DNA from: Hemiscyllium ocellatum
Taxonomy: Eukaryota
Direction of reading: 5' to 3'
Assembly (NCBI RefSeq): GCF_020745735.1
Contig: NC_083419.1
Location: forward strand, 30,340,085-30,404,084
DNA: 64,000 nucleotides
Shown here: positions 52,461 to 64,000 of the stretch, one piece after another
How positions within the stretch are numbered: the stretch's first letter is position 1
Layout: every line of letters starts with the position of its first letter
Translations under genes and position numbers: made by a program
Notes under the pieces: model-generated
Databases searched by the model: none
What the model was told of the DNA's origin: nothing
What the model saw: the letters and a program-made list of their open reading frames with translations, nothing else

Positions 52461-54059
52461 AGTGAAAGAAAATCTTGGAAGAGAGAATTTTTGCCAAATA
52501 AAGGATTGAACAGAAATATATCAAAGTAGAAGTCTTTTCTGCTTTGAGTAATTATAAACCTTTATCACAGATGTTTCACAAATTTTTATTTTAAAATTCT
52601 TTTAAATATCTCTAATGTTCTGCAAGTTGTCAATTAAGGCAATTATTAATAGTGCACATAGAAAGCAAATAGATTAATGTTGATGTTGGTGCTGTGCGTT
52701 AGATATTGGGCCATATCCAAAAACAGTTTAAATGGTTTGTGTTGGCTGTGTTAAAAACTGCTGCCAGGGTCTGATTTCTTGACTTACAAAGGAAGTTATG
52801 GGATTTGACTTCTATCAGTTTTATTGTTAACAGCTGAAGACATAGCAAGGCTGAGTATTTTCTTCAAGTACATCCTCCGGTACCATTATTACAGAGACAG
52901 CGAAGTAAATTAAAAGGTGGGGCAAATGGGCAATAAAACAAAGTCAATGCTTTAACTGATCTCACAGCATTGCACTGAAGTAATTTCAGACTGACTAATA
53001 CCACTAAATGGTGCACCATTTAAAAAAGACAGGCAGGTATTTGTCCAGATGTATCGCAATTTTCTGCAGATTAGTGGTGCTGCTCTTTTATACACAAACT
53101 GAGTCGTAATCTCTCTCTGGTCATCTCTCACAATGACAATCAGAGCAAGGACCTGAATGTGCAACCTTTTAACTTGGAGAGATGGTTGTGCTGCAGCTAT
53201 CACGTAGCTCTAGCTAAATCTTAATAAGACGGCTGTTTAATATTTTTCAGCATATTTAAAAAAGAAGCCAAAGGCTGAAACATTTTTTTTCAGGCTTACT
53301 CATTATAATGTCCTCACAAGGCCTGAGGCTTAATTTTAAACTAAACTGCCCACTGGGAGTGGTATGCTTTTGAGTCAGATTCTTGTTTACACTGAACTGC
53401 TTAAATTTAGGCATTGCTTTCAATGGAGCAGGACAAAGGGCAAGTATAAATTAGCATTAACATTTGATCTTCTGCACGATACAGAAACATCACTATCCTG
53501 CAGGGAGTTATAAACATACCATCTCTGCATATTCTATATTTTTGTAGTATATCAAAGAGGTTGGTGTATGGGATTTGAAATACATATTGAGTGAATTTAT
53601 TGCAAGTTCTATTTTTGATACAGTCTATAATCTCCGATTTTAATTTAACCTGCCTGTCAGAAATAAGGTGTCTTAAGTTATACAGGATCAGAAGTCACAT
53701 AACACCAGGTTATAGTCCAACAGTTTTACTTGAAATCACAAGTTTTTTAGAGCACGGCTCCTTTGTCGGGTGAAGTGAAAAGAAGCACACAGGCATAGAA
53801 TTTATAGGCAGGGAGATCAAAAGATCATACAAATGGTGTGAATGGAGTGGAGACAGGCTGAATGATGAGTCTCTGCAGATGATCAAAACTGTCAGATGGT
53901 GTGAGTAAAGTGTCAACAACTGAACAGCAAGTGAAGGGACGACTTATGATCCAATTAATTGAGGCAGAGAGATAATTACAAAAAAACTAAAAATAAGGTG
54001 GTGCTGGAGACTAACCGAATGACTGGAATAAGAGTTGCATGCTGAGAGTCTAACCAAAG

Positions 54060-54698
54060 TGTTACACACCAGGCCAGACCTCTGCTAGTTGTTTTAAGTA
54101 GATATACAGTGGATATTCCAGGAGAGATAGAGCTGGTCAAACCACTTAGTGTTAAATAAAGCAAAATTTATTTACAAGATTACCAAATGAAACACAAACA
54201 AAAGAAAACAAAACACAGAATAACCTAACCTATCCCAAAATACGACATATTATCCCAACTTAATGATCTTGTTGCAAATGCTTGCAACAATCTCCATAAA
54301 CACTCATTGGTACAAAGGGAAAAATCAAATGTAGGGTCTTATAGTAGAGGGAGAGATGGCAGAGAGATGGCAGCATGGAACACCTTCTTTTACATGGCTG
54401 TTTATTGGACCAGCTGCCTCACTAACAGACTGCTTTCAGTGAACAGCCAGACTGCTAAAACCAAACCAAACCAAACCAGAGAAAAGCTGAGCCAGAGAAC
54501 TGGCCACTCCCCTTTCATTGTACAAATGTTATTTTTAAACTTGAAAGCCTTTTTCCTGAGGCAGTGTCTGTTAGATATAAACAAACTGGCCCTAAAAAAC
54601 CTTCAAACCTAGACGTTTTGGAATCATTGCTTTTAAGACCACTCTGAAAAAAAAAGCCAAGAACTACATAACCTTGTTAAAGGAGCAGCATCATCACA
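54060..54698 (-). mobile_element. Solo LTR nested in the family-2 PLE
   Basis: tgttac...tcaca termini; flanks aaag/aaac; antisense AATAAA near 54170. Confidence 0.75.
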
Positions 54699-55351
54699 AA
54701 ACTAACAAGTAATCCAAAACTATACAAACTAATTAAGGTAGAGAGATCTTAACAAGTTATAAAGGTGAAAGTGTCAAATCAGGACGATAATGAAAATTTT
54801 ACAGATCCAGAACAGTGTGGTGGGGTTGCATGTAGTGCAGTATGAACCCAAAATAACTGTTGAGGCCATCTTCATAGGTGCAGAACTTGGCTGTCAGTTT
54901 ATGCTTGGTGATTCTGCATAGTTGTGTATCTCAAAGGCCACCTTGGCGAACGCTTACCTGACGATCGGAAGCTGAACATCCTTGCCTGCTGAAGTGTTCC
55001 CAACCGGAAGGGAACATTCCTGTCTGGCTGATTGTTGCATAGTATCCATTCATCCGTTGTTATAGCGTCTGCACGGTCTTGCCAATATACATGACTTGGC
55101 GCATCATTGCCTGCAGCTATGAGGTGGACAACATTGGCCGAGTCACATGAGTATTTGTCGTGTCCATGGTGGGTGGCGATAACAAGTGTGATGGTAGTAT
55201 CCATGATGATGATCTAGCATGTCTTACAAATGTTGCCATGGCAGAGTGTTGTTATGCTCAATTTTGTCATGAAGGTTGGGTACTTTGCTGCGAACGATGG
55301 TCTGTTTAACGTTTGGTGGTTGTTTGAAGGCATAATGGAGGCAAAGGGAAG

Positions 55352-55630
55352 AAGCAGCACGGTGGCTCAGTGATTAGCATTGCTGCCTCATGGGGACCTG
55401 TGTTTGATTCTAGCCTCAGGTGACTGTGCAGAGTTTGCACATTCTCCCCATGTCTCTGCAGATTTCCTCCGGGTGCTCCAGTTTCCTCCCACAATCCAAA
55501 GATGTGCAGGTTATGTGAATTGGCCATGCTAAATTGCCCATAGTGTTCAGGGATGTGTAGATTAGGGGTATATGTAGGGGAATGGGTTTGGAGGGTTAGT
55601 ATGGATTTGTAGGGCCAAAGGGCCTGTTTC
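55352..55630 (+). mobile_element. HE1-type V-SINE nested in the family-2 PLE
   Basis: gcacggtggctcagtgattagc head, V-domain and LINE-like tail. Confidence 0.88.
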
Positions 55631-57014
55631 CACTCTGCAGGGTTCTATGATCTTGGTGATACATTTATCGTCACCAATGACATGTTGAAGGTTGTGAAGA
55701 CTTGTCATTCAGCCTGTCACTACTCCACTCACACCATTTGTATGATCTTTTGTTCTCTCTGCCTATAAATTTTGTGCCTATTTGCTTATTTCCACTTCAC
55801 CTGACAAAGGAGCAGTGCTCCAAAAGTTTGTGATTTCAAATAAACCTACCAGACTATAACCTGGTGCCATGTGACTTCTGACCTTGTCCAACCCACTCCA
55901 ACACTGGCACCACCTTGTCCTGCTTCCTGTTCCAGTGAAACCTGTACCAGTTAAAATCAGAGTTGGGGACAGGATATTTATGTTTGTTCAGTGTCTAGCC
56001 GCCAGTTCAGTTGAATGAGGCAGAAATAATTTTTCCAATATTGTAAAATTTAAAATCCCCTTGGCAGCTGGATCCATCACTATGGATAACTCTCCCTTAC
56101 AGAGGGTGATAGGCCAGGAAGTTCTCAAAACATTCCTGAAGACCTGGATCAATGGCCTACCAATGGGAAACCATTTCCAAGCAACAGGCCTAGTACCTAA
56201 TACCCTTTGGCCCCTTCAGAAATTTCTCAGTTAAGTACTGTGATTGGTTAAATTATCCCATGTAAGCCCAAAGGAAATAAAGGCCTATTCCGGTATAACA
56301 AGTGTTTCATCAATGAGAATTGGCTATAACGCAATTGATGAATTGTGGATGTTGTTCAGATAACACAAACTTTGTACTGAACAAGTATAGTGACTTTCTA
56401 TAGTGATCTTCTACAGTGAGAATTTCTAAAGCACAAAGTTGCAGAGGAACACAACTATTGTGTTGTAGCAAAAGGATCTGTAAACAGCAATACTTGGAAA
56501 TAAACATATTGGCCATACTGGACTGCTGCTCTGAGACAAGACAACTCAGGCCAGTATGCATCATTTGTAATTTTTCATAGGTTTTCCTTCTGGGAGGAGG
56601 AGGAATCTTATATATGGGTACAGAATCACAGATCATCCAAAAATAGTCGCAATACTCTGAAGAAATAATGACAATGTAGTTGTACACCACCGTACAGCTA
56701 TAGTTAGTAAAGTGCACTGATTCAGCAAGTGCAGTAACCCACTTGGTAGAGTACGTTAATCCATATTAATATAATAATCCAACATATAACACATCAATGC
56801 TGATGATGCAAAAGCAAGTGTTTTTTTCTACAATAAGAGACACAATGTAATGTCCAAAAAAGCTTATAGCAAGAAAATTTGCTTTGAAATCTCCTGTTTA
56901 AAAAGTTTTAAAGCCTCAGACCATACAAGCCAAATTACATTTCTCATTGCAGATTCCAAATCCCTAGGATTTGTTGATGAATAGCCAACCATGGTCATTC
57001 ATCAGTCTCTTTAG

Positions 57015-57330
57015 AATTAGAACCTCTACAGTGTAGAAACAGGCCCTTCAGTCCAACAAGGTCACACCAACCAGCTAAAGAGACTCACTCCCCTATATTT
57101 CCCCCAACTAATGCACCTAACATACATATCCCTGAACACAATGGGCAATTTATCATGGCAATTGACCTAACCTGCACATCTTTGGACTGTGGGAGGAAAC
57201 CAGAGCACCCAAAGGAAATCTGCACAGACACAGGGAGAATGTGCAAACACCATACAGACTGTCACCTGAGGCTGGAATCAAACCTGGGTCCCTGGTACTG
57301 TGAGGCAGCAGTGCTAACCACTGAGCCACC
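57015..57330 (-). mobile_element. HE1-type V-SINE
   Basis: Antisense head and V-domain, as in the copy at 35795-36079. Confidence 0.9.
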
Positions 57331-57471
57331 ATATGATGCAATCCGAATTATTTGTGAAAGTTATCCAAGGGTTAGTTGCCTAGTTTATGGACAATGACAT
57401 GGATGTTAAAAAAAAACCATAAGAAAATGAATTAATTATGAGTGATGATCTTTTGATTGTTGTTGAGACTG

Positions 57472-57701
57472 GAATTGAGAGTGTGGTGCTGGAAAAGCAG
57501 AGCTGGTCAGGCAGCATCTGAGGAGCAGGAAATTTGACATTTCAGGAATAAGCCCTTCATCAGGAATAGCCCATTCCTGATGAAGGGCTTATGCCCAAAA
57601 TGTCGATTCTCCTGTTCCTCGGATGCTGCCTGACCAGCTCTGCTTTTCCAGCACTACAATCTTGACTCTGATCTCCAGCATCTACAGTCCTCAATTTCTC
57701 C
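57472..57701. mobile_element. ~230-bp fold-back PLE mini-insertion with two inverted HHR motifs
   Basis: Arms of ~90 bp around the loop agccc (57568-57572); tail on the right only; imperfect 15-bp TSD ttgttgttgagactg / ttgtttttgtgactg (57457-57471 and 57702-57716). Confidence 0.88.
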
Positions 57702-60215
57702 TTGTTTTTGTGACTGTCTAGCTTGTGATGTGGTCACAAAAGGGTGTGTGTTGTGTACAGATCCTCACAAACAACGTTCATGTGATTCAGACACCTTCAT
57801 TAAGAAACCAGCAAGAACCTCCCTTGGTTTCTGGTGTTGGGACACAACAGGGTAAATATGAATTGTAACTAAAATTAAACCAGCTTTCCAGAGTGTCTTT
57901 CTTTCATGTTAAAGTTTCTGCTTAATGTAATTTACGTAACAGCAGATTTATAATAGTCTGGGAAACTCTGCAATTGGACAATGCCTGAGAACAGAACTGT
58001 GTCATTAAAAATCACTCCTGGATATATTTGAGTAATAACTTAGCATGATTTTATTCATACGGCTGAAAATGAGTTTCTTGTAACTAATCAGCATTGTTAA
58101 TCACAATGTTTGTATTCTACATGTGAACAATGTTATTTTAAGTAACTGAAAAATGACTTACAAATGTATAGAATCATTTATTAATTTGATTGGTATTGAA
58201 GTCAGCATTTTTCTAAATTGCTGTTTTACTATTCAAAGCATTTTATAAAGTACATATTTATATCCTTGCACCTAATAAAAAAGTTAATTTCAAGAACTTT
58301 CTCAAAGACCCACAAATGGAAGTCACAAAAAGTCACAATGTTGACCGAGATATGATCAACTTGTACACTGGCCCATCTCCCAGCATGTGCTTAAAACTAG
58401 CATAAAAGGCCAGGAGAACACAATTTACACTCTACGTAATTTGTAATTTAAATTCCAAATATTCTACACCAGTTTGGATGAAGTTAGGAAGATACATAGA
58501 AAAATTTAGGGCAATCCAGGATTCTAGCAAATTACATAAAGGCAAAGATGCAACCTTTGCTCAGGCATTTAGCTGTTGTTGATTCTTAGAAGCAATAATA
58601 TGCATGAACATATAAAAAGAGGAGCATGAGTAGTCTATAGACAACTCTAACCTGCTCCACTATTTAATAAGATCATGACTGATCTGATTGTAACTTCAAA
58701 TCAACATTCGTGCCTATGCCTGATAGCCTGTCACCCTTTTGCTGACTAAGAATCTATCCATTTCTGCCAAAGAGCTTTTCATATAATATGTTTTAGAATA
58801 CTGTTGTGAAATGGTGTTTTCTTGGCGTGCAAAACTTTAACCATTCTGCACATTTTGCACTCTCTGCTCTTCAAAAAGCAGATTTTTTATATTGTTGTTG
58901 CTGTTGTCTTAATCAATTTGATCCAACACTTTGGAATGATCTAATTCCGTAAATACAATCCTCTGTTGTTCTGTCCTCATTGATTCTGACAACCATGAGG
59001 TCTGGACATTAGGGTTCAGTCCTGAAATGTAATGGCTACTTTTTAAGATTATTCTATCTCGACACTGAATCTGCTGCATCTACTGTATATCTCTGCCTTA
59101 TCCAAGAATGACTGTCGTTTAACTCTCAGGAGTTTGACTAAATTCTTTTTAGTTATGTTTTATTGTAATAATATTAATTTTTGTCTAACAGCTCACCAAT
59201 ACATTTGTTTCATGTCTGTCTTCTCAAAGTCTTGATAGTATATGATTGATGATTTCAGCATTACCATTTCCAAGCCCATTCTTATTATATAACAATAATG
59301 ATGCATAGCAGACTTTGAATTGGCATATTCTATACTGGGTCAACTCTGCTGAGTCTGCCAGAATCAGCCCTGGCTCCGCATTCTGTATCTTCTTTCAGTG
59401 TGGAATGTAGCTGCTACAGGGAGGTCTCTGTGGACAGAATTTCAATTGGTGTGGAAGCAAGTGAAAGGCAAGGCAGCTTGTTAACCAGATAGAGCCACAT
59501 AAAGGGAAATGGTTCTCCATGGAGGGCAAAAATCAATAAGCAGTAAGGTTCCACTGTAGACAAGGGAATGTCTGATTAAAGTCATAAAAGGTAACAATAA
59601 TGTCAAAGCAGGGAATGTTGCCAGACAAGGGATGGATATTTTCTATAATCTTGTGATAAAAATGCAGAGGTATCCATCAAATAGATTCTATGCTATTGCA
59701 AGATAGCACAGCCACCATGTAATCTTGCATAACTCCATAGTGATGCACAGACCAGGAGCTGAATTGTAGGTTATTGATGCCTAGAGGGCAATTTAACTCA
59801 CCATTAATGGAAAACAAAGTATTTTAACATCTTAATGGTATAACACAGGCATTCCCTTAAGGCCATGAACACCCCTCTGCTCATAGTTATTACAGTTCAC
59901 ATATGTTAATATAATGTTTTCTATTCTTAAATATAGCAACTATTAGGTTTCTGGAGACTGTTGGCCTCATCTCACATCATCAGTGTTAGACCCCCATGAT
60001 CTCCATCAAACTCCTCTTTTCCTTATCCAAGGAAACAAGTGGCAGGTCCTCCTCAACAAAACTCTCGCCCCATCACTGAGCTATGTTGCTCATGGTGCAA
60101 CAAACATTCAGTCTTCTGGAAATCATGCCCAGCCAAATACTGAAGAACCCCTCTTGAGCAGTGAGCAGTCAAGGCAATGGAAGCACATCTTCAGTATGAT
60201 GGAAGTACATCTTCA

Positions 60216-60311
60216 TTCCTGATGAAGGGATTTTGCCCAAAACATCGATTTTCCTGCTCCTTGAATGCTGCCTGACCTGCTGTGCAATTCCAGCACCTCT
60301 CTAATCTTGAT
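60216..60311 (+). mobile_element. Single tailless pLTR beginning at the HHR
   Basis: ttcctgatgaagggattttgcccaaaacatcga...aatcttga; ACATCTTCA at 60207-60215 and 60314-60322. Confidence 0.8.
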
Positions 60312-60534
60312 GCACATCTTCAGTAGCCCAGTGACACGATTGCCTGTGGTTAACCCAAATCATTTACAACATTCCTATTTTCTTTGAACCTGTGATGATT
60401 GCTTTCAATAACATCAGTGGAATTATGTATTCCCACATGCCTAACATTACCTGCCTTCTAGCTTGCCACAACTTATCTTCTGTTGAAATCTTCATCAGTG
60501 CGTTATTAGAAGATTAGTCAATTTGTCTACAAGC

Positions 60535-61079
60535 TTCATAAGTCCCTGGTGAGACCACACGTGGAATATTGTGTCCAGTTCTTGTCACCCTACTATAGGA
60601 AAGATATAGAGGCTTTGGAGAGGGTGCAAAGAAGGTTTACCAGGATGCTACCTGGACTGGAGGGCTTGCCTTATGAAGAAAGATTGAATAAGCTCAGACT
60701 TTTCTCTCTGGAGAGAAGGAGGACAAAATAATCGAGGTGGACAAAATAGTGAGTGAAATAGATAGAGTCAATAGCCAGGGCAGGATTGACTGGTGAGGAG
60801 TCATAGTTTGAAGATATTAGGGGAAAGTACAAAGGCGACATCAGAGGTAGGTTTTTTATGCAGAGGTTGTGAATGCATGGGATGCTTTGCCAGCTGTGGT
60901 GGTGGAAGCAGAGTCATTAGGGACATTTAAGCGTCTGCTGGACATGCACATGGATAGCAGTGAGTTGAAGGGTGCGTTGGTTAAGTTATTATTTTACATT
61001 AAGATTAAACCTCAGCACTACATGGTCCAAAGGGCCTGTTCTGTGCTGTACTTTTCTATGTTCTATGTTCTGTGTTCTA
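60535..61079 (+). mobile_element. CR1 3' portion
   Basis: RPHVEYCVQFLSPYYRKDIEALERVQRRFTRM; (ttctatg)n end. Confidence 0.92.
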
Positions 61080-61214
61080 AGTCTGGTAGTGTTTCTCTGA
61101 CTTTCCACCATTTAACTTTTAGTCATCCAAAACTGTGAGCCATATCATAACTCACTCCAAGTCTCACTCATGCATTATATTTTTCTTCATTGATATTCGT
61201 TGATATACATTTTC

Positions 61215-62360
61215 TCCTGAACTGGTTATGCATCAAGGGGCTGCTTTGCCTGGAAGATGTCAAACTCTTGAGTATTACTAGAGCTGAACTCATTCCCAAA
61301 AAGTAGTGATTATTCCATCTCATTTCCGATTTACACCTCATTAGGAAATGAGTTACTCACTGTAACATACTCAACTTCTAACCTGCTAATGTGGTCACAA
61401 TAAAATCTTTCGTCAAGACGATCCCCATATTGATTGTAGGGAATTTAGTAATGGTACTGCTGTTAAGAAAAGTGGTTAGATTCTCACTTGTCTGAAATGG
61501 TCATTATCTGATATTTGTGTGCCATGAATGTTACTTTTCTCATCCCAAGCCTACATATTATCAAGTGTTGTCCAACCCAATTGCAACTGTATGTTTCATT
61601 AGCTGAGGACTTGTGAATGGAACAGAGCATTACACAATCATCAACAAATGTCCCTAGTTCTGATCTTTTTAAGGAAAGCAATGTCACAGATGAAGCAACT
61701 GAAGATGTTTATGTTGAGGACACTTCCCTATGAAATACCTGCAATGTTAGAATTATCAAATAACGCAGTACAGAAGAGGCCTTTGGCCCATCGCGTCTAC
61801 TGCTAAAAATATATACTACTACCTACGCTGGTCTAACTTTCCTGCACTAGAGTCATAGAGTCTTGCAGATATACAGCACAGGAACAGACACTTCAGTTCA
61901 ATTTGTCCATGCCGGCTAGATATCCTAAAATAATCTAGTCCCATTTGGCCGTATTTGGTCCATATCCCTCTATAACCCTTCTTATTCATATACCCATCCA
62001 GCTGCCTTTTAAATGTTGTAATTGTACCAGCCTCCACTACTTCCTTTAACAGCTCAGACCATACACACACCACCCTCTGAGTGAAAAAGTTGTCCCTTAG
62101 GTCCCTTTTATATCTTGCCCCTCTCACCTTAAACCTATGCCCTCTACCCTGGGGCAAAGACCTTGTCTATTCACCCTGTCCATAAAATCTTATATACCTT
62201 TATCAAGTCCCCCTCAACCTATCTGCTCCAAGGAAAACAACCTATGATTATCCAAGCTTTCTTCACAGGTGCAAAGCTACATCCCAGGCAACATCCTCAT
62301 AAATCTCCTCTGCACCTCCTCCAATGCAAATATATCCTTCCTATAGTGTGGTGACCAGAA
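61215..62360 (-). mobile_element. Old LINE fragment (~61215-61745) followed by CR1 3' ends (~61750-62360)
   Basis: SELGTFVDDC; RGHRFKVRG and FFTQRVV on the minus strand. Confidence 0.75.
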
Positions 62361-62730
62361 ACATTGCTCTGCAGTTGAGGTGACTGCCTCCCCCAACAAT
62401 TGTACAAAAGAAATGTGGTTCTATCTCCAGATAGTGGAGAATTTACCTCCATTCAATTTTACTTGAGCTTCTTGATATCACATCAGTCAAATTAGTTATT
62501 GACATCACAGACAGTGACTTTCACTTCACCGTTGAAATTACCTGGCTGTGGTGAGCTCTTAAGCTGAACTTTCTATAAAGTATCCCATAAAATTTACTTT
62601 ATTATATAAACTAGTGGCCAACTGTCTTAATAAGTGTCAAAAATTGAGTTATTGATATCACTTTTCTTAAGCATGTAGGGATGTTTTGCTATGGTAAAGG
62701 TGTAAAATAATTGCAAGTTTTGATTTGTTA

Positions 62731-63403
62731 CTGTATATATCGTGCATAGGTCGAATTTTGAAGACTTTTTTAAAGTTGAAATTAGGGGGTTGACTAATAC
62801 ACGAGGTATAGTTTTTGAGGGGATGAAATTCATGCTTGGTATGAGTTAAAAAATGGACAAACAAGAGCCAGACCTCTGTATAAAATATTAAAAAACAAAA
62901 GGAAAAAGAATTATGGCTATTATTGAATATTTATCTACAACCCAGCCATGGGGGATACATTCCAAGATCTGCTATGGAAGCCCAAAACTGCAGGTAGGTG
63001 TGAACCCATTCATTTAAATGGGAAATTTACCTTCATGGCAGCCCCCAGACCCTGGTTCTGGAATGAGTCCAGTAATATGTTTGGGCCACTGTAAACCGTG
63101 GGTAACTGAAACCGCGGAAACCGCCTCCACTGATACAGCAGTCACCCTGTACTGTCATACCATTACAGTAATTCTGAAAACCTGGAGCAGAGCATGGCAG
63201 TTGGCAGACTGGAAGACCCAGAACTGACCAGTACAGCCAGCAAATGGAAAGCCAGAGCGGAGCACAACAGGCAGGCGCACTGAGTCATAAATGTTGATCT
63301 GCAATTGTGAAAAAAATGAGATATATGGAAAATACAAGACCTTTTGGCCAAAAATAAGGGGTCTGCTTATACATGAGGTTGACCTATACACAAGTATATA
63401 CGG
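62731..63403. mobile_element. pogo/Tigger-type MITE with TA TSD, containing a second Tigger-like piece (~62937-63155)
   Basis: TIRs ta|ctgtatatatcgtgcataggtcga and ttgacctatacacaagtatatacgg|ta. Confidence 0.7.
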
Positions 63404-63479
63404 TATGTAGATGCGAGTTTTGGTATTACCTAGAGGTGTTTTCTTTTTAAAAAGAGACATAACTGTAATAAGCTAAATA

Positions 63480-63633
63480 AAATCTGAAAGAACTGCAGAT
63501 GTTGTAAATTAGAAATAAACCAGAAATTGCTGGAAAAGTTCAGCAGGTCTAGCAGAATCTGTGAAGAGAAGTCAGAATTAATGAGTGACCCTTCCTCAGA
63601 ACTGGGCTTTTCCAGCAATTTCTATTTTTGTTT
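63480..63633. mobile_element. Old inverted PLE mini-element
   Basis: agaaattgctggaaaag ... cttttccagcaatttct inverted arms; antisense ctgaggaagggtcac HHR remnant. Confidence 0.65.
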
Positions 63634-64000
63634 GTAAATGTAACAAACTATTGGTTTGGCTTTTGTCAATAATTTGTTTTTGAAAGAAGTTCATCCTGTT
63701 AGTGCAAGAGCAAAATGCTATTGACTGTTGAACCTCAAGGGCATCCTCATAAATAACTTGACTTTCTACTTAGCAGAAAGAAAAGAATGTATTTGTATCA
63801 TGTAAGCCAGGCTTCTAGAATCCCTCCTGAGACAAAACCAAACAAGACAGTGATGAAGGAAAAACAGATTCTGCACAATATAACCGCATGCATTTAAGGG
63901 GATTATAGCAGCAGGGTAAAGCTAGGCTTGAGGTTTTGTTACCAAACTAGTAAGCCAGAGAACAGAACTAGTGAACTGAGAATATGAGTTAAAATCTCAT

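Larger units (their letters stand above)
53688..55914. mobile_element. Inverted PLE family-2 insertion (long minus arm, short tailed plus arm from ~55705)
   Basis: Minus strand CHGNICKTC...YSCDSANVV GIY-YIG remnant; inverted pLTRs ~53688-53865 and ~55705-55881 plus tail; decayed HHR ctgacaaaggagcagtgctccaaaag at 55801. Confidence 0.85.

Noticed and set aside
56560-56670. Good splice acceptor (tttttcatag|G) followed by short open frames, e.g. FPSGRRRNLIYGYRITDHPKIVAIL*, and the 135-aa antisense ORF 56310-56717
   Set aside because: No recognisable protein, no partner exons found, and all three plus frames stop within ~30 codons; RNA-seq would be needed

Overview
Repeat-dense, AT-rich vertebrate non-coding DNA. 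HE1-type V-SINEs, CR1 LINEs and a DeuSINE point to a cartilaginous fish, probably a shark (inference). I found no convincing host exon. Most long ORFs are decayed or antisense frames of retroelements. Contents: (i) many nested CR1 fragments; (ii) an internally deleted Gmr1-like Ty3/gypsy provirus (41046-45432) and several solo LTRs; (iii) SINEs and pogo/Tigger-type MITEs; (iv) at least three families of Penelope-like elements (PLEs) carrying minimal hammerhead-ribozyme (HHR) motifs. The most striking pattern is a size series (about 130 bp to 2.2 kb) of head-to-head inverted PLE insertions. In each, both termini are element 3' ends: one keeps a ~30-40 nt tail and the other stops at a nearly fixed point before it. 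Five of the six have 10-15 bp target-site duplications (TSDs). In several, neither arm could have been copied from the other, which suggests two separate priming events per insertion. Coordinates were counted by eye, and boundaries of old repeats are approximate.
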